Below, piece after piece: positions 33,035-41,475 of a stretch of DNA of 51,397 nucleotides (the first letter of the stretch is position 1; each line of letters begins with the position of its first letter). The stretch is from a virus: the IMG/VR virus record IMGVR_UViG_3300045988_030125; one strand, 5' to 3'. The position numbers were made by a program, and so were the translations under genes. Below the pieces are notes generated by a model. The model was not told where the DNA came from. It did not search any database and was given only the letters and a program-made list of their open reading frames with translations.

Positions 33035-33523
33035 TCAGGGCAGGGGACGAGTGTCGAGAACAACCTGGTAGACGCGGTCCTTAGCGGCGGTAGCGTACTC
33101 CTTCACCCAGCCGAGCACAACATCAGCGCCCGCCTTGGTGAAGGTAATGGTCGGCTTGGCACCGGCAGTAGCGGCCTTCAGGTAGACGAGCGTGCCAACC
33201 TTGAACGGGGACGGAGCAGTACCATCAACCTTGAGAGCGAACACGCCGCCCTTCACGCGAACCGAAGCGTGCTGATCACGGTTCAGACCATACGTAGGCT
33301 TGGTAAGGGCCTCAGCAGCAGTCGCGTAATCCGTCTTCTCCACAACCGGAGAAACATCCGACATCAGGATGCCACCAATACCAGCCTCCTTATTGATGAC
33401 AACCGCGTCGCCAGCCTTCAGGTGCTTCTGCGCGTCGTCAATCAGAAGAGAAAGAGTATCCGAGTACTCGAAAATCTGATTCTCACGGTTCCCATTCAGA
33501 GGGAACTTCTTGATACCTGCCAT
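33035..33523 (-). CDS. putative head decoration or scaffold-associated protein
   Basis: I moved the track ORF start to ATG 33523. It lies between the protease/scaffold and capsid genes. Confidence 0.5.
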   Translation of the reverse strand: MAGIKKFPLNGNRENQIFEYSDTLSLLIDDAQKHLKAGDAVVINKEAGIGGILMSDVSPVVEKTDYATAAEALTKPTYGLNRDQHASVRVKGGVFALKVDGTAPSPFKVGTLVYLKAATAGAKPTITFTKAGADVVLGWVKEYATAAKDRVYQVVLDTRPLP

Positions 33524-33528
33524 AAAGA

Positions 33529-34407
33529 TCACTTCCAGCCAATCTTAGCGTAGGACTCCTTCAGAGAAACCTGCGCGGACTCGTCAACAACAGGGGAGGC
33601 AGTCGCAGCGACAGCCTCCTTGAGATACGCACGCTCAGCCTCAAGAGCGGAATCGACATCCGCGCCCTTCTTCACAGCCTCACGAACACGCGCGACAGCC
33701 GCCTCGGGCAGACCCGACTCGGCAATCTTCTTGCCCGCTTCAATAGCGGCATCGACATCGACAGATGCCTCTTCGACCTTCTCGTCCTCCTTGGACTCCT
33801 GAATAGAAGTCACAACGGAATCGAGCTTAGAACCAAGTGCCTCAAAAAGAGTGGCAAACTTAGTCTCAAGGTCGCTGAACTTGGACTCGATCTCCTTGTC
33901 CACGTCCGCCTCCTTAGTAATAGAGTTGTTTCGATTTGATTCTAGCAGATCAATAACTGCGCCACCCGCACCGGGGGCAGTAACAAAGTCAACTGAGCGA
34001 ACACCGGCAAAAACAGGAACAACACCCGTTTCCGCAATTGGCTCGTTGCACCAGGCGTTAATGGAAACACCAATGTGCTCCCACTTATCTCGGATGATTT
34101 CATTTACACCCGAGAACACCTTACAGATGGTGTAAAGTGCCCCGTCTGCCCCCACTGTCGCGTCCTCAAGGAAGACGCCTGCGTAGTCACGAATAGAGCG
34201 CTCGGGTCGCTCCCATTCTTCGGACTCGGTTGGGTGGTCAATAAACATTTCCGTGCCCGCCTTAAACAAAGGCGCAGACGCAGCCAGGTTCTCAGCAGTG
34301 TAAATACCGCTCGAACCCTGGCCCGGCACGATAATACGGATGCGGTACTTACCCTCACCAAGAGACTCAGTACCGACAGCCGCCGTTGACTCATGCAGCT
34401 TATGCAT
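33529..34407 (-). CDS. putative capsid maturation protease/scaffolding protein
   Basis: I moved the track ORF start to ATG 34407, which follows AGGGGGA. It has an acidic coiled-coil C-terminus and lies after the portal gene. Confidence 0.55.
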   Translation of the reverse strand: MHKLHESTAAVGTESLGEGKYRIRIIVPGQGSSGIYTAENLAASAPLFKAGTEMFIDHPTESEEWERPERSIRDYAGVFLEDATVGADGALYTICKVFSGVNEIIRDKWEHIGVSINAWCNEPIAETGVVPVFAGVRSVDFVTAPGAGGAVIDLLESNRNNSITKEADVDKEIESKFSDLETKFATLFEALGSKLDSVVTSIQESKEDEKVEEASVDVDAAIEAGKKIAESGLPEAAVARVREAVKKGADVDSALEAERAYLKEAVAATASPVVDESAQVSLKESYAKIGWK

Positions 34408-35743
34408 CAGTCCCCCTATCTCGGTTGTCGTTAGTTCCGTCAGACATTGGCCCAACACCTGTTGCGCGTCCGTCCTCGTCATTAGCCTTTGTCACTGCCG
34501 AGTCGTCCTCGCCCTCAGCCTCCTTCTCAGAGGGCAGTTCAGGCAAGTCTTCCAACGGCAAAGAACCGGCAATCTTCAAGAGCTGCAACACGCCGGAACG
34601 CATTTCAATCTGATGCAAAGCACCATTCTGGAACGCCAGCGTCAAAGACTGAATACGGCGGTGCGTCTGGTCATTATTGATCGAACCGTACTCAATCGAC
34701 ACCTTAATGCCGAGAGCCATAGCAATCTCATTCAGCATGTCGATATGCAGCTGACGACGCAATTCCAGCGCCTTAAAGGTTGGGTCTTCAAGAGCCGTCT
34801 CAGCGCCCTGTCGGCCACCCGCAGAACCATCTGTCAACAGCACCGACAAGGGGATGTCGAGAGCAGCCGACACCATAGCCGCAAGAGGCGTGCCAGCCGA
34901 GAAATCAATGCCCGCTCCAGCCTTGTTAATCGCCTGAATGTCCTGCCCAGCACCGATGTTCGCCGTGGCACCGACACCAGGACCAGCCATACGCTGCTGA
35001 ACGGCCTGCTGCTGCCTGGAGTTGACGCTCGTCGCCTTAAAGGCCAGCTTTGCCAAGGACTTCTCCATAAGGTGCGCAACCTCAAGGTGCTCCTTGTACC
35101 GCTGCGCATACGACATAGCACTCATGAGATCAGGCTTACCGTATTGCTCCGACATCAGCCGGTTTACCGTCGCGTACACGGCAGTCAAGCGCCGATTCAC
35201 CTTGTAGTTAGACTTAGTGATCTTCACACCCACTCGATCCCACAGCATGTACCACTGTGGATCGCCGCTCATGACAGGGTTAATGAGCAGAGCAACGACA
35301 TCCCCGGTTGCATCATCAGTCGCCACACCACCAAGACGCATGAGCGGAACAGGCGTAACAGTCTTCGTCGCCTTGTCGATCAAGTAGATAACACAACCAT
35401 CCGTGTTGAACGACTGCTCATCTCGAACACGGGCCTGCACACTAAAGCACGCCTTCGCGTTCTCGTCAATCACCTTACGGGCCGGTCGCGTCTCACCCTT
35501 ATACACGACCGGGTCTGCCCACATGTAAGCATTGCGGACAACAAGACCACGCTTCACAATAGGGTTAAGTGTAGCCAAACGACGTGCGCGCGCAGAGTGA
35601 TCCCGGATCACATCAAGGGTGATGAGGGAATCAGGGCCTTCAACAGCAGACAAAGGCAGCCAGCCAATGTCTTCACGCTTGAGACGCGCTAGGGTGTCGG
35701 AAAAGGCCCCCATAGCCTCTCTAAACGTCTGCTCATACTTCAT
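34400..35743 (-). CDS. portal protein
   Basis: The 447-aa ORF lies immediately downstream of the large terminase gene. Confidence 0.88.
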   Translation of the reverse strand: MKYEQTFREAMGAFSDTLARLKREDIGWLPLSAVEGPDSLITLDVIRDHSARARRLATLNPIVKRGLVVRNAYMWADPVVYKGETRPARKVIDENAKACFSVQARVRDEQSFNTDGCVIYLIDKATKTVTPVPLMRLGGVATDDATGDVVALLINPVMSGDPQWYMLWDRVGVKITKSNYKVNRRLTAVYATVNRLMSEQYGKPDLMSAMSYAQRYKEHLEVAHLMEKSLAKLAFKATSVNSRQQQAVQQRMAGPGVGATANIGAGQDIQAINKAGAGIDFSAGTPLAAMVSAALDIPLSVLLTDGSAGGRQGAETALEDPTFKALELRRQLHIDMLNEIAMALGIKVSIEYGSINNDQTHRRIQSLTLAFQNGALHQIEMRSGVLQLLKIAGSLPLEDLPELPSEKEAEGEDDSAVTKANDEDGRATGVGPMSDGTNDNRDRGTDA

Positions 35744-35756
35744 GCTAATTATCCTA

Positions 35757-37265
35757 TCACGCTAGAAATACCGACAACTCTTCCTCGAACATGAAGTCCA
35801 AGAGGTCATCCTCTTCGAGCAGGTCATCCGGTGAATAGTACTGGCCTTCTGCATCACCGGCCATAATTGCCCCAATATTCTGGTATGCATAAATGACAGC
35901 ATCAAGAACGTCAGGCGACTTAATGCCACGCTTACGCATGTTCTCCTTCGATTCGATAAGCAATGCTGATCCGCGATACTCATACTTAATCGAAGCAATT
36001 TCGTTATGCAGCTCATCGTCATCTGGCAAGAAGACACGACCATCAGCGACAGCCTTAGCGAACTGGTCATACATAGCGGCGCGATAGTTGTACCACTTCG
36101 TGCTATCACCAGACTTTGCGTTGCCGTGAATACCAACGACAGACATGCTAGGCGGTACGTAATTGTAGATACTATCGAGAACAGACGCACCAACACCGAT
36201 CGCGTCGATACGAATCTCGACAGCCCCAAGTTCGACTGCCAACTCACCGACCTTGCGTGCAAGCTCAGGCCCGTTTAAGCCCTGGTAGCGACCATGAATC
36301 TTAATGTAGCCACCCTGGTTCGACACGATCACAGAGCTGTCGGAACCATAACGGGCAACGTCAACACCAATGGTGATCGGCATACCCTCGTCTGGCTCCG
36401 AGGTGTCGTAAGCCTCCATCGACTGCATGACGCGGCCCATGTTGAACAGACCATCATCCGACACGTCAGGGAACTCACCAAGGACACGTGCGACAAAACG
36501 GGGATCGTCCTCGCCCCATTCCTTCTTACGCGCTTCCACCCAGTCAACCTGCACAAGACGAGTCGCAACCTCGACAGGCACGACTTCGCCCGTGAAGTTA
36601 GGCGTGTCGTATGCTCCGAACTGGATGATGTTCCAGGAACGCTCTTCAGGCTTCAGGCGCATCTCCCGCTTGTACACCTCGGCCATGTAGCATGAGGGGT
36701 CGTTAGGGTTAGCAATAGCCAGGATACGCGCGAACTTGTTAGTCGTGATTGCGTCGGCTGCGGTGAAGATTTCCTTGGAGATACCTCCGGCCTCGTCCAT
36801 GATGACGAGAACGTACTGGTCGTGAACACCTTGGAAGCCGGACTCGTCCTTATCGTCCGGCTTCATACCGAAAGCAATAGGGTCTTGGCGATCTCCCATC
36901 TTCCATGTTGCATCGGCGTTAACCTTGCCGGGGATACCAGCGACAGCCTTGACACGGGGAATCTCTTTCCACAGGACGTTGCGTACCTGTTTCCAGTTTG
37001 TCGCTGTGGTGACGACTGTTGTGTCATCGACAGGATGAGTAGCCACCCACCAGTTGACGAGGGTTGCTGACAGATAGCTCTTGCCGCAGCCGTTGGAGGT
37101 AACCACAAGGGTTTTCTGATGCTCGACAACCGACTGTGAAACTTCACGCTGCTTAGACCACATGAACAAGCCGTGGTCCTCAGCCCATTTGGCAGGGTTG
37201 TTACGCCACACTTCAAGGCGCTGAGCATCTGAGAATTTCTTGGCGACAGCACCGAAAGGCAGCAT
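35757..37265 (-). CDS. terminase large subunit
   Basis: Walker A SNGCGKS and Walker B VLVIMDEAG are present, with a C-terminal nuclease-type region. Confidence 0.92.
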   Translation of the reverse strand: MLPFGAVAKKFSDAQRLEVWRNNPAKWAEDHGLFMWSKQREVSQSVVEHQKTLVVTSNGCGKSYLSATLVNWWVATHPVDDTTVVTTATNWKQVRNVLWKEIPRVKAVAGIPGKVNADATWKMGDRQDPIAFGMKPDDKDESGFQGVHDQYVLVIMDEAGGISKEIFTAADAITTNKFARILAIANPNDPSCYMAEVYKREMRLKPEERSWNIIQFGAYDTPNFTGEVVPVEVATRLVQVDWVEARKKEWGEDDPRFVARVLGEFPDVSDDGLFNMGRVMQSMEAYDTSEPDEGMPITIGVDVARYGSDSSVIVSNQGGYIKIHGRYQGLNGPELARKVGELAVELGAVEIRIDAIGVGASVLDSIYNYVPPSMSVVGIHGNAKSGDSTKWYNYRAAMYDQFAKAVADGRVFLPDDDELHNEIASIKYEYRGSALLIESKENMRKRGIKSPDVLDAVIYAYQNIGAIMAGDAEGQYYSPDDLLEEDDLLDFMFEEELSVFLA

Positions 37266-37858
37266 TACTCAACCTCAACTTCCACAGTCGCCTCAAGAAG
37301 AGCGGCAGGCTTGTTTACAGCCTGAGAGAACCAGTCAGCCTTATTCGTCTCTAAGGCACGCTTTGCCTTAGCAGACAGGTGCGGGTACATGAGAGCCGTG
37401 TACTCTTCGAGCACCTGATTGGTGAACGACAGCATGATGTCCACTTGTTTCTCTTCGATCACACGAATCTCATGAGTCACCGTCTGGCGCTTTAGATTCG
37501 CAACTTCGGAGATTTCACGCAGGACCGCGAGAACAGCCTGAAGGTTCTGGCCCCAGTTGCCCTTCTCATCAGCAAGACCGAACATCTCGATCTGGCTATA
37601 AGCCATATCGACAAGGGCATCAAGACGATCAAGCTGCTTGATGCGCTGGTTGCGAGGCGACAATTCCTGTCGGCTGTCGTAGTAGGACTGCTCGATGATG
37701 AATAGTTCTTCAGACGTGAAGCCTGTCGCCTTGATGATTTTGTTTCGTTCAGTGCCGCGCTTCAGCAGCGACAGGGCCATGTCGCGCTTACCACGCAGCT
37801 CAGGATCATCACTCGTCAGCAAACTGTGCGAGCTGTTCTGCGACATCATTGAGCACAT
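37265..37858 (-). CDS. terminase small subunit (start uncertain)
   Basis: It lies upstream of TerL, and its stop overlaps the TerL start as TAATG. It has an N-terminal HTH-like segment. Confidence 0.65.
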   Translation of the reverse strand: MCSMMSQNSSHSLLTSDDPELRGKRDMALSLLKRGTERNKIIKATGFTSEELFIIEQSYYDSRQELSPRNQRIKQLDRLDALVDMAYSQIEMFGLADEKGNWGQNLQAVLAVLREISEVANLKRQTVTHEIRVIEEKQVDIMLSFTNQVLEEYTALMYPHLSAKAKRALETNKADWFSQAVNKPAALLEATVEVEVE

Positions 37859-37961
37859 CCTTCACAGTCTTCTCAAACTTGTTGTCTAGGTACATATACA
37901 TGCCCACCGCACCAAGCATGGCACCAACACAGACACTGAGTAGCATCCACACAAAAAGCAT
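37809..37961 (-). CDS. small membrane protein (50 aa)
   Basis: I moved the track ORF start to ATG 37961, which follows AAGGAGG. It has one TM helix. Confidence 0.6.
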   Translation of the reverse strand: MLFVWMLLSVCVGAMLGAVGMYMYLDNKFEKTVKDVLNDVAEQLAQFADE

Positions 37962-38203
37962 TAGTCCTCCTTTGGTACCGAAGGCAAGTCCTCTACCTTC
38001 ATACCAGCCTGAACAGCAGCGACACGCACAGCATAAGCATGTTCCTTCCACAGGAACGCTTGCGTGCGCAGCTCAGCTTCCAGATCGTCACGGGCCTCTT
38101 GAACTTCTCGGGCCTTCTTATAACGATCTACACACATGTCAATAATAGCCTTGATAACAAGGGTTACGGCAGAGACCACGAGGCCCACCAATGCCGTGTT
38201 CAT
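37961..38203 (-). CDS. membrane-anchored coiled-coil protein (80 aa), lysis-associated
   Basis: The ORF is in the track, with SD AAGGAG. It has an N-terminal TM segment. Confidence 0.65.
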   Translation of the reverse strand: MNTALVGLVVSAVTLVIKAIIDMCVDRYKKAREVQEARDDLEAELRTQAFLWKEHAYAVRVAAVQAGMKVEDLPSVPKED

Positions 38204-38217
38204 ACGCTAACTCCTTG

Positions 38218-38682
38218 TTACTCACTAACGGTTGACAAGTATTCTTCCTTCGTGCGCTTGTAGCGCTCCTGAGCTTCTTCCAGCTTGCTCTTTGGCAGAA
38301 CCCCAGGCCGATACGAGTAGGGCCACACACGTAGAGCGCGGCCCAGGAAGAACAAGCCAATGATTACTGACAAAATAATAACATGGAATGGCCAACGGAC
38401 GTGTGCCGTGGTCAGCACAAACTCGTTGATTGACACCAACATGATGCCAAAGACAGCGACAAGTGCGGCGGGGCCTTCCAACCACCAGGAACCCAACCAC
38501 GCCGAGGGCGCGCCCATAATACCGGACGCGACCATTAGCACCCCCGCAAGGGTGATAACCCACGGAAGGGCCTCGTAGCTCGTAATAAAGCCAACACCGG
38601 TAATCGAGATAGCGGTGTAGATAATCACCATCACCGCCGTCACCGACCTTGGCTCTGACATAGTACTCAGTAGATTCTTCAT
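38218..38682 (-). CDS. four-TM membrane protein (154 aa), holin-like/lysis-associated
   Basis: I moved the track ORF start to ATG 38682, because the track start lies inside a hairpin stem. TATAAT lies 7 nt upstream of the ATG. Confidence 0.65.
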   Translation of the reverse strand: MKNLLSTMSEPRSVTAVMVIIYTAISITGVGFITSYEALPWVITLAGVLMVASGIMGAPSAWLGSWWLEGPAALVAVFGIMLVSINEFVLTTAHVRWPFHVIILSVIIGLFFLGRALRVWPYSYRPGVLPKSKLEEAQERYKRTKEEYLSTVSE

Positions 38683-38699
38683 GGCCCTTATTATAGCGA

Positions 38700-38727
38700 A
38701 CACCCCCTACCAACAAGTAGGGGGTGT
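38700..38727 (-). terminator. Perfect 11-bp hairpin after the holin gene
   Basis: ACACCCCCTAC pairs with GTAGGGGGTGT around a 6-nt loop. Confidence 0.6.
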
Positions 38728-38739
38728 CCACACTAAATG

Positions 38740-38994
38740 TCACTCAGCGTCAGGAGTGCCATAGGACGGGGCAAGATACGTGCCACCAGTATGAGATGCT
38801 GCCAAGAGCAGTGCCACAAGGCCCAGCAACTTATCAGCCACATCGAGCCACTGTGCCGACTGCTCAGGGGCGACAAACCCATAAGCGACACCAATGGCAA
38901 GCAATGCTGCAACGATGCCGTAAATCGCCTTACGACGTTCCGGCGTCAACACTGCCCACTTCGTTCGATCCGTGGTCAAGACTTCAGGAACCAT
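38740..38994 (-). CDS. holin (84 aa, two TM)
   Basis: It lies directly downstream of the endolysin gene. An SD AGGAGG is present. It has two hydrophobic helices. Confidence 0.75.
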   Translation of the reverse strand: MVPEVLTTDRTKWAVLTPERRKAIYGIVAALLAIGVAYGFVAPEQSAQWLDVADKLLGLVALLLAASHTGGTYLAPSYGTPDAE

Positions 38995-39017
38995 GTCCAG
39001 TACCTCCTAAGTAAATG

Positions 39018-40043
39018 TTACTTAGATTCTACCAGCTTCACGATTCCGTTACTGTCTTGTTCAACGACGATCCTGCCGTGCAACAACTTGCCATCTTCAC
39101 CGAAGATCGAGCAAGCACCATCGAGGCGGGTCTGGCACAGGCCGACAGCCATAGCACCCGTCTCGGTCAGGTAGTAGTCATCGCCCTTGTACGACAGCCA
39201 GCCAGTACGCATAGCACCGTTTTCCTCAAGGTAGTACCACTTTCCCTTATCCAACTGCCAGCCGGTGAGCATCTGTCCCTTGTCGTTCAAGAGGAACCAA
39301 TGTTCGCCGTCCTTGATCCAGCCGGTCTCCATCTCACCATAGCGAGTGTCGTGGACATTGTGCAGGTAGTACCACTGACCATCAATGTGCTGCCAGCCGA
39401 CCTGCAACCAGCCACGGTCATTGGCGTAGTACCACTTCTCATTAACAGGGAACCAGCCAGTCTCCCACGAGCCGTCAGCAAGGCGGTACCACCAGCCGCC
39501 GTCCTGTGACACCCAGCCTTCCTTGTTGGACAGGTCAGCATCAAGGTTGTCGTAGTACTCCTGTGCCTTCTCGATGTACTCGCCAGCGTACTTATCACGC
39601 AAGGAAGCCGGGCAGGCAGTCGAGTAGAAGTCCGAGTGGGGGAACACATTGGAGCGCCACTCAGGGCGACCAAGACCATACGCTCGACAGATAGCAGCGG
39701 TCAGGTGGGCGCCCGCGTCGATGGTCTCATCCCCGACATCCCACCCGCCCTCAGCACCAGAGCAGTTTGCGTGCTCGATGCCGATACTCTTCTTGTTCAC
39801 ACCAGGGCAGTGCCATGCTGTGTCGGAATCATGTACGAATTGGCAAATGTTGCCGTCGATGTCAACGTTGTAATGGGCAGAAGTCCCATTATTAGTGAAG
39901 GCCCCATACACACCAGCATGTGTCATAGCCTCACCTGCGTTGTGGTGGATGACAACACGATCAAGGGCGAAACCACCTCGCCCTTCATCGAAGTTGTCGA
40001 TCCAGATGTTTTGATCGGCAATCAGATCAGTCCAACTAATCAT
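39018..40043 (-). CDS. endolysin: N-acetylmuramoyl-L-alanine amidase with C-terminal GW/WYY cell-wall-binding repeats
   Basis: The N-terminus resembles amidase_2/PGRP (VVIHHNAG, AHYNVD, SIGIEH). The C-terminus has at least six repeats of the type GW..(D/N)G.WYY. Confidence 0.9.
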   Translation of the reverse strand: MISWTDLIADQNIWIDNFDEGRGGFALDRVVIHHNAGEAMTHAGVYGAFTNNGTSAHYNVDIDGNICQFVHDSDTAWHCPGVNKKSIGIEHANCSGAEGGWDVGDETIDAGAHLTAAICRAYGLGRPEWRSNVFPHSDFYSTACPASLRDKYAGEYIEKAQEYYDNLDADLSNKEGWVSQDGGWWYRLADGSWETGWFPVNEKWYYANDRGWLQVGWQHIDGQWYYLHNVHDTRYGEMETGWIKDGEHWFLLNDKGQMLTGWQLDKGKWYYLEENGAMRTGWLSYKGDDYYLTETGAMAVGLCQTRLDGACSIFGEDGKLLHGRIVVEQDSNGIVKLVESK

Positions 40044-40321
40044 CTCTTAATCTCCCAAGGACCCATATACGACTGCTCAGCATTGATGACTTCGGTAAGG
40101 GCTTGAATACCCTCGTCTGTCACGAATACTTGCCTATGATGATTCTTCCGCTTCCCGCCGTTGGTAACGACAGTGCGCACTCCGAGAAGGCCCTTAGCCT
40201 TCTCAGTAGGCATCTTAGACTCATAACTGCGCTTCAGGTACCCGGCACGACACAGGCACCGAATGACCTTGATGGGGCCGATCTCAAATGTTCGCGCGAA
40301 CTCCAACAGACTTGGTTCCAT
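40040..40321 (-). CDS. hypothetical protein (93 aa), possibly a KilAC-like DNA-binding domain
   Basis: The ORF is in the track. Its start overlaps the upstream stop as TGATG. The domain assignment is a weak impression only. Confidence 0.6.
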   Translation of the reverse strand: MEPSLLEFARTFEIGPIKVIRCLCRAGYLKRSYESKMPTEKAKGLLGVRTVVTNGGKRKNHHRQVFVTDEGIQALTEVINAEQSYMGPWEIKR

Positions 40322-40746
40322 CACGCACCGTCCACTTCTGTGAAGTAGTCGGCGAATGGGTTATCGCCTGGCTCTGAGAACTCCATGTCGATAGTTGCAG
40401 CCTCCGCATCGACAGGACGCAAAATGTCCTTCGGCTGTCGAATCGACTTGAGGACCAAGGTCCAGTCAACTGGCATATAGTCTCCCAACATGATCATGTC
40501 CTTGATCGTCAGGCTCCCGTTCACCAACTTAGTATGATAATAGCGTGCGGAAGGCCCACCGATAAGTTCCCCATCCTTCATGATCGACAGGCCTGCATCC
40601 TTAAACTGCTTAATCACAAGTTCTCGAATGAAGGCAACACGTGTTTCGACATCCTGTGGGTACTTGCCGCCCATCCGGGTGGCACGTGCCTTAGCCATGC
40701 GGGCGCGCGCTTTTTCGAGCTTAATAGGGTCTGTAACCTTAGTCAT
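40321..40746 (-). CDS. hypothetical protein (141 aa)
   Basis: The ORF is in the track. Confidence 0.75.
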   Translation of the reverse strand: MTKVTDPIKLEKARARMAKARATRMGGKYPQDVETRVAFIRELVIKQFKDAGLSIMKDGELIGGPSARYYHTKLVNGSLTIKDMIMLGDYMPVDWTLVLKSIRQPKDILRPVDAEAATIDMEFSEPGDNPFADYFTEVDGA

Positions 40747-40987
40747 TCTGTGTCTCCTTCTTCAAGAGGTCCGGTCGGAAGCCGGACCAGTGCTTCTTAA
40801 TATGTTCATCTTCACCTTCACGCACGACAACGACGGGGGCCTGCTGGTAGCCCAGTGCGCGGATAAATGCCCGTGCAGCCGCATCTTCCGTTACGTCGAA
40901 GCTTTTGAAGGGAAGGCCCAAAGACTTCAGCTTGCGATACGTAGCCGTACACTGGGGGCAGCGGGGCTTGGAGTAAACGTTGATCAT
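40739..40987 (-). CDS. nrdH: NrdH-like glutaredoxin
   Basis: The 82-aa product carries a CPQC redox motif near the N-terminus. Confidence 0.85.
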   Translation of the reverse strand: MINVYSKPRCPQCTATYRKLKSLGLPFKSFDVTEDAAARAFIRALGYQQAPVVVVREGEDEHIKKHWSGFRPDLLKKETQND

Positions 40988-41400
40988 TAGTTGATCCTTC
41001 CGGTTGATCCGAAACCACCCTTTCCTCGCTTCTTATCTGCTTGGATGGGTGGTTGTGAGTAGAGGGCCGAGGTGCCCTCTAGTCTGACGATGACAATTTG
41101 AGCGATACGCTCATGTTCTTCCAGCACGACAGGGGTGTCCGTGCTCATGTTCCACAGAGCAACCATGACTTCACCTTCGTACCCGGCGTCGATAACACCG
41201 ACACCGTTGGCGAGGAGCAGTCCCTTCTTGCTCAGTGACGAGCGGGCAAAGACAAGTCCGACAGAGCCGTCGGGGATGTCATGCTTGTCTGGACAGTACC
41301 CTGTTGGTACGAAGACTGTCTCACCCGGGTAGATGATGACAGATGTCTTCGTAGAGAGGTCGAAACCAGCATCATTATAGTGCTGTCGTTGTGGTCGCAT
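40987..41400 (-). CDS. dut: dUTPase
   Basis: The motifs AGFDL, IDAGYEGEV and the C-terminal RGKGGFGSTG are present. Confidence 0.92.
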   Translation of the reverse strand: MRPQRQHYNDAGFDLSTKTSVIIYPGETVFVPTGYCPDKHDIPDGSVGLVFARSSLSKKGLLLANGVGVIDAGYEGEVMVALWNMSTDTPVVLEEHERIAQIVIVRLEGTSALYSQPPIQADKKRGKGGFGSTGRIN

Positions 41401-41433
41401 TGGTTCTCCTTTGTGTTAACTATCAAGGCAAGA

Positions 41434-41467
41434 TAGAGGGCCAGCACCAAGCAGCACTGGCCCTCTA
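41434..41467 (-). terminator. Terminator hairpin after the LPXTG gene
   Basis: TAGAGGGCCAG pairs with CTGGCCCTCTA, 11 bp. Confidence 0.65.
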
Positions 41468-41475
41468 CTTATGTG

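Noticed and set aside
34340-35692. 450-aa ORF on the + strand
   Set aside because: It is an antisense shadow of the portal gene.
38225-38743. 172-aa alternative-frame minus-strand ORF
   Set aside because: It overlaps the four-TM gene and the hairpin terminator. It has a Gly/Arg-rich off-frame composition.
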